The notes beneath the pieces are model-generated. The model made no database searches and was not told the DNA's origin. It saw only the letters and a list, made by a program, of their open reading frames with translations. Positions 50,824-61,708 of a stretch of 64,000 nt of DNA are shown here, piece after piece (position 1 is the first letter of the stretch; every line of letters begins with the position of its first letter). The translations under genes and the position numbers were made by a program. The stretch is from Felis catus (lineage: Eukaryota). The stretch covers positions 101,432,001-101,496,000 of the forward strand of contig NC_058377.1 of NCBI RefSeq assembly GCF_018350175.1. The letters are read 5' to 3'.

Positions 50824-52184
50824 TATAGACTGGTATATATATAGTCTCACNNNNNNNNNNNNNNNNNNNNNNNNNNNNNNNNNNNNNNNNNNNNNNNNNN
50901 NNNNNNNNNNNNNNNNNNNNNNNNNNNNNNNNNNNNNNNNNNNNNNNNNNNNNNNNNNNNNNNNNNNNNNNNNNNNNNNNNNNNNNNNNNNNNNNNNGAT
51001 TTTGAATTTTATAGCCTCATCTGTCTCTGCTTGGTTTAGCACTTAATGGAAGTGTTGTGGAAAAATCACTCCTTCACTAAAAGTTAAAGCAGTCCATGGT
51101 ACATCACCTGTGTGGATAAGGATTGGAACTCTTTTTCTGGGAGTTGTGAGCACAAAATTATCTACTGAATTAAATCCTCTTACACAATTAACTTAATTAA
51201 CACTGACATAATTGCCAAATGCATTAAGCGTGTAGCATATGACAGATACTGATCTTAGNNNNNNNNNNNNNNNNNNNNNNNNNNNNNNNNNNNNNNNNNN
51301 NNNNNNNNNNNNNNNNNNNNNNNNNNNNNNNNNNNNNNNNNNNNNNNNNNNNNNNNNNNNNNNNNNNNNNNNNNNNNNNNNNNNNNNNNNNNNNNGCACT
51401 CTAACTGATGTGTTTTTCTTGCAGAAAGTTAGCATTAATAAGATATTAATATAGCATTAATCTCATCAATAAATGAAAAACTGAGACTCTAAAAAAGATA
51501 AGTAATATGCTAGAAATTAAAAAAAAATGCAGGTAGCAAAGCCTGGACTTGTCTGTCCACTATAAGCAAGAACAGGCAGAGCACTTTATGATTGGTGAAA
51601 CCCCTTCCCATACACTCCTCTTTTAACTGGAACCTTGACTCCGTAAGGGAGCAAAGAATGATTTTCTAATCCCATTCTTCAAGTGAGTGAAATGAATTGG
51701 TCTCCACATGCCAAGCTGAAGATCAGCCAGCCCTGCCCCATGTGCCGTGTTCTGAGCGGGCATCCCTCACCCCTGTAACTCCTGGTAATGTCCTGCACTT
51801 TCAAGCTTGATTTGCATCTGTTTCCTCTATAAAATTATGAGGTTAGACTGAATGAGTCATCCCAGTATCAATAATAGGAATATTTTCCCTTTTGCCAAAG
51901 TAAAACAATACACTGAGAAATGGGAGCACTCAGAGACCTCTTATATTCTTTTCCGGATGGGTTATTTTCACCTTCCAGTGTGAAGCAGAGAGGGAAAAAA
52001 TGAACATGGCACTGTGTATGAAATTGGCAGTCCTAGACTCAATTGCCAGTTCTGCACCTAACTCACTGTGTGACTGCAGGTCCCTTCTGCCTGTTTTTGT
52101 TTCCTCATTAACAGAACCTACAAAGTGACATACACATCCGCAGGTAATGAGAATGAGTATAATTGAGGTAAGGACAAGTACCTT

Positions 52185-53164
52185 TTTTTTAACAGCTTTA
52201 TTGAGCGATAGCTGGCATACAATGAATTGAATATATTTAAAGCCAAAATTTTAATGTTTTAGTATATGTATATACGCCATGAAACATCATCGTAATCAAC
52301 ATAGTCAACTAATCTGTCACGCCAAAACGTTTCCTTATGCCCCTTGGTAATCCTTCCCTCCTGTCTCTCCCCACGCACACCTGTACCCAGGCAACCATTG
52401 ATTGGCTGTCATTATCGATTAGCTGGCAGTCTCTAGACTTTTAGAAGTGGAATCATATAAGCTATATTCTTTTATCAAGTATGTTCTCTCACCCTAGTTC
52501 TTTTGAGATTCATCCATCATGTTTAATGTATCAATAGTTTGTTTCTTTTAATTGTTGAGTAGTATTCTCTTATGGACATACTAAAATGTGCTTATCCTTA
52601 TTTCTTATTACTTATGGATGGGGCTTTGGGTTGCTCCCACGTGTTTTTTGGTTTGGTTTGGTTTGGTTTTGTTTTGTTTTGTTTTGTTTTGTTTTGCAGG
52701 GGGAGGATGGCTGGATCATACAATAGATATGTGTATATTTAATTTTGTACTGCCATAGTGTTTTCCAAAGTGGTTGTACTATTTTTTGTTGTTGTTGTAC
52801 TATTTTACCTTCCTACTAACAGTAATGAAATTTCCAGTTCCTCTACTTTCTTGTTTACACTTCATATGGTTCATCTTCTTAAATTTTAACCATTCTAATA
52901 GATGTGTAGAAATATCTTATTGTGGTTTTAATTTGTGTATCCTTAATACAAGTGATTTGAGCATGTTCCGTGCATTTATTTGCCCACCATGTATCTTGCT
53001 TGGTGAAGTGTCTATTCAAGTGTTTGGCCCATTACTTTTGGGTTGTTTGTTTTCTCATTAGTGAATTTTAAGTTTCCTTTTATATTATGGGAACAAGTTT
53101 TTTTTTAAGTTTATTTATTTATTTTGAGAGAAAGAGAGCACATGCATGAGTTGGGGGGGGGGGG

Positions 53165-53215
<51 letters not shown>

Positions 53216-53420
53216 ATCCCAAGCAGGTTCCAGGCTGTCAACATAGAGTCCAACGTGGGGCTCCATCTCAGGAACCATAAGATGCTGACCTGAGCCAAAA
53301 TCAAGATTTGGATGCTTAACTGACTGAGCCACCCAGGTGCCTTCTTAGGAAAAAGAAATTCTTTGTGAAAATATATTTTTCAAATAATTTCTCCAAGATT
53401 TATCTTTTCATTTTGTTTCC
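52185..53420 (-). mobile_element. Old L1M 3' end with nested SINE (about 53098-53342)
   Basis: taacagctttattgag...ccaggcaaccatt...tttgagattcatcc...cattctaatag antisense L1 3' motifs. Confidence 0.8.
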
Positions 53421-54199
53421 TAATTGGTTTAATGTGTGAAACAATGCACACATTCAACAACATATTAAGAATGAATCAAAAAGTACTTTATAAACTGTAC
53501 ACTTTTAGGAAAATATATGGTATTGATTATTCATTATTAGACCCCTTCTTTATTGTGACTGATTATATTCTATGCAGAAACTGAAAGGTGGAGGCATTGC
53601 TTCCACCACCCTAGGATTTAAGATAACCTGTTCTGAATTTCCATGTTCCAATGAAAGACATTATACTATTCTGCTCTTGTCTTTCTTAAGCAGTAAACCA
53701 ACTAAAGGAGATACACTCTGACTTCTCTCTCACATTTAGTAGAGAATCCTACTTATTTCTAAATTACCTCATGTTTTGGCTTCATTTGGTTTGGATTGGT
53801 ATGGTTTTGCTCACTTCCTTCTCAGAATTCTTCAATGGGCCAAATATAAATCCAACTACATACATACACAAAAAGTTCATACATGCAGCTTTCTGACCAC
53901 AGAGTTGGATAATGTTTTCTCCATTCCCCCTTAGTGAAGGATCCTTGAATCTTAACTCTGAACTGAGCTATGCAACAACCCGTTCATTAGTCAATAGAAT
54001 TGTCCAAAGACACAGCTGTGTTTTCATCCTGATTACTCCCATGCCAAATCTCTGGATGCTTCTAAATATTAGGGAGACTAAAGGACTAATTCTGTGTCTG
54101 TGCATGGTATGCAAGACAGGAAAAAGAAATGCAGGTGCAAAAATAAAGAGATGTGACTTCATTATATCACATTATATCACATGTTCACAATAAAGTGAA

Positions 54200-54400
54200 G
54201 TGAACCCCAGAGTCAGACAGACCCAGCTCTGCTACTTACTGGCTGCTGACTTTGCTGAAGTTCCTTAATATATAGCCTTATTCTTTTCAGGTATAAGATA
54301 GAGATGACAGAGGCACCTACTTCACAGAGCTGTTGTGAGAATGAAATTTTGTAATGTGTGGAAACACTCAACGTTCTGGCATATAGTTAACACTCAGTAA
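54200..54400 (+). mobile_element. MIR relic (others at about 11660, 21590, 43730, 44600, 46450, 52020, 56480, 57370, 63510)
   Basis: gagtcagacagacc...ctctgctacttact...cacctacttcacagagctgttgtgagaat MIR core. Confidence 0.7.
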
Positions 54401-54469
54401 CTCCTGGCTTTTTAAAAAATATTATCCACTGCTTTTTTTAATATTGCTAACCTTCTGCTCCAAGTATTT

Positions 54470-54471
<2 letters not shown>

Positions 54472-54522
<51 letters not shown>

Positions 54523-54523
54523 T
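54472..54523. repeat. Compound (CT)n(GT)n microsatellite, about 410 bp upstream of the OR5AR1 ATG
   Basis: Direct reading. Confidence 0.95.
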
Positions 54524-54933
54524 GAGAGATATGTTATACTTTGAGATCCCTCAGTTGTTCAGTTTCTTTTTGTGCTTATTTGTAATGAGTGTTAATGTTT
54601 ATTCATTATCTGTGTCCATATTTGCTTTGTTTTAGGAAGAAGGAAGGGACATTCAAGACTTTTTTTCTTTACTAATTAATAACGCAGATAACTGAACAGA
54701 TTAGGTCAAACATTTGGTAGCATGTGATAAATGACCTCAGAACACCAAGGTCTTTGGAGAAGCAGAATTTTCCATCTTCTATGTTCACTGGGTACCTGGA
54801 GAGAGCACATATCCATCACTTTCATTAAAGTCATTTGAGTTACCCTATGGGTCATAGAACCTGATTACTGGGAAGATTTCTAAAAATCACTTCAAACAGT
54901 AAAGCAAATCCAGGCACACATAAAATATAAAAG

Positions 54934-55866
54934 ATGGATAAAGAAAACCACTCAATGGTGACCGAGTTTATCTTTATGGGCATCACTCAAGACCCTCAGC
55001 TGCAGACCATCTTTTTTGTGGTCTTCCTCTTGATCTACCTGGTCAATGTCGTGGGGAACATTGGTATGATTATCTTGATCATAACAGACACTCAGCTTCA
55101 CACCCCCATGTACTTTTTCCTGTGTAACCTCTCTTTCGTTGACCTGGGATACTCTTCAGCCATCGCCCCCAGGATGCTGGCTGACTTCTTAACAAAGCAC
55201 AAAGTTATCTCCTTCTCCAGCTGTGCCACCCAGTTTGCTTTCTTCGTAGGTTTCGTGGATGCCGAGTGCTATGTCTTGGCCGCCATGGCCTACGACCGTT
55301 TCGTGGCCATCTGTCGACCCCTCCACTATAGCACTCTCATGTCCAAGAGAGTTTGTATAGCTCTCATGCTGGGCTCTTACCTGGCTGGCTTGGTGAGTTT
55401 AGTAGCCCACACTTCCCTCACCTTCAGTTTGAGTTACTGTGGTTCCAATATTATCAACCACTTCTTCTGTGAAATCCCACCTCTCTTAGCCCTCTCTTGC
55501 TCAGACACTTACATCAGCGAGATCTTGCTCTTTAGTCTGTGTGGCTTCATTGAATTCAGCACCATCCTCATCATCTTCATCTCTTATGCCTTCATCCTCG
55601 TAGCAATCATCAGAATGCGCTCAGCTGAAGGCCGCCATAAGGCTTTCTCCACCTGTGGGTCTCACCTCACTGGCGTCACCCTTTTTTATGGCACAGTCAT
55701 GTTTATGTACCTGAGGCCAACATCCAGCTACTCCCTGGACCAAGACAAGTGGGCCTCTGTGTTCTACACTATTATCATCCCCATGCTGAATCCCTTGATC
55801 TACAGTTTACGGAACAAGGACGTGAAAGCTGCTTTCAAAAAACTAACTGGAAGGAAACCTCAGTAG
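54934..55866 (+). CDS. OR5AR1: Olfactory receptor family 5 subfamily AR member 1, intact (310 aa)
   Basis: [68 protein letters not shown]; close match to recalled human OR5AR1; AATAAA at about 56154. Confidence 0.92.
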   Translation: MDKENHSMVTEFIFMGITQDPQLQTIFFVVFLLIYLVNVVGNIGMIILIITDTQLHTPMYFFLCNLSFVDLGYSSAIAPRMLADFLTKHKVISFSSCATQFAFFVGFVDAECYVLAAMAYDRFVAICRPLHYSTLMSKRVCIALMLGSYLAGLVSLVAHTSLTFSLSYCGSNIINHFFCEIPPLLALSCSDTYISEILLFSLCGFIEFSTILIIFISYAFILVAIIRMRSAEGRHKAFSTCGSHLTGVTLFYGTVMFMYLRPTSSYSLDQDKWASVFYTIIIPMLNPLIYSLRNKDVKAAFKKLTGRKPQ

Positions 55867-56777
55867 TGACAAAACATGGAAAGTTGTTATTACCACAGGA
55901 AAATGGCAGTAGTAAAAGGGTGGCGATGGTAGATAGAAAATGCAAATGCCATTCCAACAGACTCCACTCAAGCTATCATCCACTCGCTGCATCAATCTTA
56001 AATTCTGTAGGGTTATCTGTAACCTTTAATGCTCTGATATGAAGGAAATATAAATTAATATTTTTTAAAAGCATGCTGAGCAAGATGTCTTTGTTTTTTA
56101 TTTAAAATTGTCTCACATGTTGCTTGGAAAGGGAGACGAAACTTGAAAGGGGAAATAAAGAGCCAATTGCACCAAAGCGTATTTTTTTCAAGGTCATGAG
56201 GAATGACAGGTCCAAATGTTGCAAGCTTCTCTACTCTGAAGATAAGTCAGAGAAAATGTAGTTAAATATATAGGGAATGGGACTGGTATAAGGGATGACT
56301 TAACTCAGCCCAGGATCCATCCCTTCATATATTCAGCAAAAACTTGTAAGTGCTAGATGTATGCCAGGTTCTGGAGGACACAAATATAAGACAGGCATCT
56401 GCCAATGAGGAGTGCATCATACATCCAGTTACTATATTATCTCTCTGAAACTGCCGCCACCAATAACCAAATCAAGAGCTATGCAAAGCCCGAGAATAAG
56501 AGCTGTAGACCTGGGCTCTGCTGCTAACAGGGTATGTGAGTTTTGACAAGACCCCTCTCTTCAGTGTCTTCAGTTTGAAGACAATTTCCCCCCTTGTATA
56601 CTTTCACTAAAACCAGTCCAATGCTTCCAAGGCCACTAACCCACCTAGAAAACACTGTTTTATGTCACAAATCAATCATCACTTCTGTAGGTTTTTCCTG
56701 GACTCACTTTTTCCTCATCTGCAAAATGGTGCCAATAATGTATCGGGTTGCAGTGAGAATTAAGAAGGATAGTGTTA

Positions 56778-56945
56778 CGGGTGATGGGCATTAAGGAGGG
56801 CACTTGTTGGGATGAGAACTGGCTGTTATACGTAAGAGCTGAATCACTAAATTCTTCCCAGAAATCATTATTACACTATATGTTAACTGACTTAGATTTA
56901 AATTTAAAAATATTTCAAAAAACAAACAAACGAACGAACAAAAGA
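56778..56945 (+). mobile_element. Very short carnivore L1 3' end
   Basis: gggtgatgggcattaaggagggcacttgttgggatgag...tgaatcactaaattc...A-rich tail. Confidence 0.85.
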
Positions 56946-58605
56946 ATAGCATTCTTGTGGCCAGTTGTCCCTCTGGCACAAGGCAGTTTTGTTTTTATCT
57001 TGGAGTAAGTATCAATACGGTTACTTCTCACTCTTAAAAATGCCCTTGTTCAGATATTAAAATATAAGAAAAATCTAAGTAGGGTATTTAAGCACTTTGG
57101 GGCTTAATAAATGATAGCTTTCCTCCGTGTTAGTGTGGTACTGTGTACATAGTCCTTTAATATACAGGCTTCCTAGGGAGCCTGTGAAACTTTAAGGTAG
57201 TCTCATTTTTTGTCCTCAAACGCTGGAAGGTAGTAAGTAAGTAACACATGCTCATTGAACAAATGAATGACCACGCCCTCCCGGACTAGAGAACTGCCAA
57301 AACTGAGCCCCAACTCTGGGTCTCAGGAAACCTACTGAAACTATCTATAAGATCTTGAAATTCACAGGACTACTTTACTGACCTCATATTTTAAGATGAT
57401 GAAACTGGAGTTATAAACGTTTAGATGGCGTGCCGATGTGCTCCTAGCGTGTAAGTAGTGGCTGAGATTGGAATTTTTTTTTTTTTATTCTTAGTCCAGG
57501 GTTTTATAAAACAGAGAAGCGTAGAGCCCTGTAGAAAGTGACAGGCATAATTAGAACTGGAGAACCGGTATAAAGCTCTGGTTTTTGGTTACATAAAGTC
57601 TGATGAGTTGGTGAGATTGATTAGTTGGGATTTAGACAGGATTGTATTATGAAGCATTTGTTGAGAGACTCACATTTGCCTACGACCCCAGTGAGCTGAA
57701 TCTTCACGAGGTCAGATGGGCCGGAGGAGTCACTGTATCACGAATAAGCAAGGGAAAGAGGCAAAATAGGAAATGGTGTCAAAGAAATAGTTTAGCTTTC
57801 GTATGACACTGAGAGAATGGTATTAAGGAGGAATAATCAGTTTCACTGTGACTTTCTTCCCTTCCAGTGTTTCCCTTCCAGCCCTTTACCAACCAGAACA
57901 CTAAATTAATGTTTTTCACTTTAAGAGAAAAGATACTCATTAAGAAAGCTGGTAACATGACGTAGGACAACAGGGTTTATTATATCCTCTGTTTTACCAT
58001 GATGACCTTAAGTCTTTCAACATTACATTATTATCCTTAAAACAAATCAACCAAATCCAAAAAATGCAAATATAATGTCATCGCAGGAGAGATTCTGATA
58101 GGTTTATTATACATAAATTTGATGATAAACTTAGAATACATCTATTCCAGAGAGAAAGAGGTAGCTAGCTATAAGACGTGATTGATGGATACTTAAAGAT
58201 GATCCAATCCCACAACAATCTCATTTGGTAAATGAAGGAAATGAGGCTCACAGCCATGGAATAGCTTGTTCCTATTAACGTAGCTAAATTAAAACTGTGC
58301 GATTGTAATTTCATTATTCTCGTTCCAAGTGTAGTCCCTTATAATACACAATAATACCTTAAGCACTGATTAATCAAGTACTGAGAGACTGAAGCTCATG
58401 ATAACAGTACATTCTCTGATTATTTTGTTTACTCTAGGCTTTAATTTTATTTACATATGAACAAAGTGTTAGTTAGTATTTTTCTTAGCTATGCTGTCAT
58501 CATGTTACCATCATGCCAAACAAATGTAGGGAGGAAGTAATTCAATGGGACATTTGATGTTGTGAAGGACCAATAATTGGGTTCATGATTATTTGTGTTA
58601 CTCTT

Positions 58606-58815
58606 TTTTTTAAATTTTTTAAATGTTTATTTATTTTTGAGAGAGAGCCAGCACAAGCAGGGGAGGGGCAGAGAAAGATGAGACAGAATCGGAAGCAGGA
58701 TCCAGACTCTGAGCTGTCAGCACAGAGCCCCACACGGGGCTCGAACTCATGAGCCGTGAGATCATGACCTGAGCCCAAGTCAGGTGTTTAACCTACTGAG
58801 CCATCCAGGCGCCCC
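58606..58815 (-). mobile_element. Can-SINE
   Basis: TSD tatttgtgtta(c/a)tctt at 58590-58605 and 58816-58831. Confidence 0.95.
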
Positions 58816-59088
58816 TATTTGTGTTAATCTTAAAATAAATTGTTGTTTGTTCTAGTAATGAGGTAACCTATTGTACATAGAATTATCAGTTAAATGTCTT
58901 TAAGTGTTACATTTTCCTTTTCTGTCAAAAGAAGCAAACATAGGAAAGGAAGAAAGTTGGCTTGAAAAGGTCTGGATGGGAACTAAATTAGGCGTGGGCT
59001 GTGTGAACTGTTTACCACCCTTTGTCCGCCCAACTCCAAGCTACTGATCAAAACAAACTAATCAGAACACATTGATTAGATCTAAACA

Positions 59089-59291
59089 GGGGCGCCTGGG
59101 TGGCGTAGTCGGTTAAGCCTCCGACTTCAGCCAGGTCACGATCTCGCGGTCCGTGAGTTCGAGCCCCGCGTCAGGCTCTGGGCTGATGGCTCAGAGCCTG
59201 GAGCCTGTTTCCCATTCTGTGTCTCCCTCTCTCTCTGCCCCTCCCCCGTTCATGCTCTGTCTCTCTCTGTCCCAAAAATAAATAAACGTTG
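59089..59291 (+). mobile_element. Young feline SINEC_Fc lacking an A-tail
   Basis: 17-bp TSD ttgattagatctaaaca at 59072-59088 and 59289-59305. Confidence 0.95.
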
Positions 59292-60742
59292 ATTAGATCT
59301 AAACAATTGGTCTAAAAATAATTTTAGGAAAACTACACAAAAATACTCACTTCCATTTGTTTACATGTTTCAGCTATGTGTTCCTTTGTGAGAATGGTTT
59401 TGCAAATGTTTTCTGCGTTTTTAACTTTGCCACTCATTTATGGAGCCGAAGAGTAAAATGGATGGGTAATTTTTGTGAAGCAAAAAATAAGCTTTCCATT
59501 TGATGTACCTTTGGGCATTTCGCGTTCCTTTATCAAAACGAATTTAATATTGTTTCTAACTCATAAATAGCCAACCAAGTATGTTGTTGTATTTCTTATT
59601 TGGTAATATTTGAGCGAATTTCAAATTTTACTTTTGTTCAGAAGAAAGTTGATTAGAAGTAGATGTTTCTAATCCTTATTCATGTCTCAAGCAAACATAT
59701 AAAGTTATAAATTAAGGCACATATAACACAAAAAAAGCACCCTGCTTATAATGAATTTGACTAGTTGGTTACTGATTTTGCCTTTTACTTTTTGAATCAA
59801 TGTTAAACCAGTCCATCAAGAATGCTTCATTTACTGATTTTATAAGACCTTCATATTTAGGTAGATGAAATGGTTGCATTTTAGTGGTTGAATATCTGAG
59901 AGTGGAATTACACTTTTATTTTCTTCTAAATTGTAAAAAACATAAGTGAGGAAATTTTTGAAATAGAGTAGCTAATTTAATGGCATGTTAATCAAAGGCC
60001 ATATATATGGTTATTAAGCATAATAATGCTAAATTATATTCTATTCTCTTAATTCAAAGAATAATTATTTTAAAAAACAATTCTTTTTAGAGCTTCAAAA
60101 TACAGGAAACATTTATTTCCACAAATGTGTGTGTGCGTGTGTGTGTGTGTGTGTGTGTCACATTTTACTAAGAATAAGTCATTACTGCTTATTAGTCATC
60201 TCAGCCCTGCATGATCTGGCTGCCTCATGAACTTTAAATGAAGCAATATTTTGATATATTTGTTACAAAGCAAGCCTGTATGTATGTAAAGGAGTCAAAA
60301 TTGGTCTAAACCACAAAGTAGATGCAAAGTCTTGTTTCCTTGTTCACTACCAAATTAACACAGATGTGAAATGTTATGTCCAAAATCCCTTATCTGAATT
60401 TCTCCACCTGAGTTAAAAATTTAGGATTTTTCTCTATATGAATATGCTTTAGATCCTCCAGCAGTAATAAGATGTTTCATCTTACTGTTATAACGTCAAG
60501 CAATTAATTTCAGATAGTCTATGATTTTAGAGAACTAAAATTTCATAGTGAGTAAGCAAATAGTCACCCAATGAAAGAAGTTACTTTGGCACATTAAAGC
60601 TGCAATTTGCCCTTGGAGAATATGTGTTCCTGCTGAGTTTGCAGCTGGCTTTATGTGTTCTTTATGAATGGCAGGACAAACACTGACGGTTCAAGGTCTT
60701 ATTTATTGTCTTACTTCATATCCAGAAGTCAGCCATCTTAGA

Positions 60743-61708
60743 TTAACAGTTAACTTTATGTCCCATTAAGACCCCTCCTGTCTTCTGTTTTGCAATAGCT
60801 CTCCTTAAAGCTCCTTTCACATCTTGGTTCCTTAGGCTATAGATCAAGGGGTTGAGCATAGGTGTGATCACAGTGTAGAACACTGCAATGATCTTGCCCC
60901 CAGCCCTGGAGGACTTCGACTGGGGTCTCATGTACATGAAGATGGCAGTTCCGTAGAACAAGGCCACCACTGTCAGATGGGAGGCACAGGTGGACAGTGC
61001 CTTGTGCCTTCCAGAGGCTGACCGTATCCTGAGGACTGATAGAAGGATTCGGGCATAGGAAACAACAATCAGGAGAAAAGGAATGAAGACGATGATAATA
61101 CTGAAGATGAAAACAACCAGCTCAGTAAATGAGGTGTCAGTGCAAGCCAACCTCAGGACAGAAGGGACCTCACAGAAAAAGTGATTCAGGACATTGGGCC
61201 CACAGTAGGGCAAACTCAAGGTGAGGACATTGATAACCATGGAGCTCAGGAAGCTAATGGACCAAGAAATGGTTGCCAATTGGACACAGACACTTTGGTT
61301 CATAATGACAGTATAATGAAGAGGGTGACAAATGGCTACATATCTGTCATAAGCCATGACCCCAAGGAGAACACATTCAATCATTCCAAAGGAGAGGGAG
61401 AAGTACATCTGAGTAGCACAGCTAGAGAATGGGATGGTCTTTTTCCCCACCATGTTGGACAGCATTTGTGGGACATTGGTGGATGTATAGCAGATATCTA
61501 GAAAGGATAAATTAGTGAGGAAGAAGTACATGGGGGTTTGGAGACGAGGTTCTATCTGAATAACAGTGATAATTGTAATATTCCCCACTACTGTTAATAA
61601 ATAGAAAAACAAGAACATAATAAAAAGAATGAGCTGCATCTTTGGCTGAGATGAGAGGCCCAGGAACACAAATTCAGTCACAGTGAAGTTTGTTTTTATC
61701 ATATCCAT
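60743..61708 (-). CDS. OR2AH1: Olfactory receptor, family 2-like, intact (321 aa); probable OR2AH1 orthologue
   Basis: NFT site, [60 protein letters not shown]. The OR call is secure; the symbol rests mainly on synteny (next after OR5AR1, opposite strand). Confidence 0.8.
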   Translation of the reverse strand: MDMIKTNFTVTEFVFLGLSSQPKMQLILFIMFLFFYLLTVVGNITIITVIQIEPRLQTPMYFFLTNLSFLDICYTSTNVPQMLSNMVGKKTIPFSSCATQMYFSLSFGMIECVLLGVMAYDRYVAICHPLHYTVIMNQSVCVQLATISWSISFLSSMVINVLTLSLPYCGPNVLNHFFCEVPSVLRLACTDTSFTELVVFIFSIIIVFIPFLLIVVSYARILLSVLRIRSASGRHKALSTCASHLTVVALFYGTAIFMYMRPQSKSSRAGGKIIAVFYTVITPMLNPLIYSLRNQDVKGALRRAIAKQKTGGVLMGHKVNC

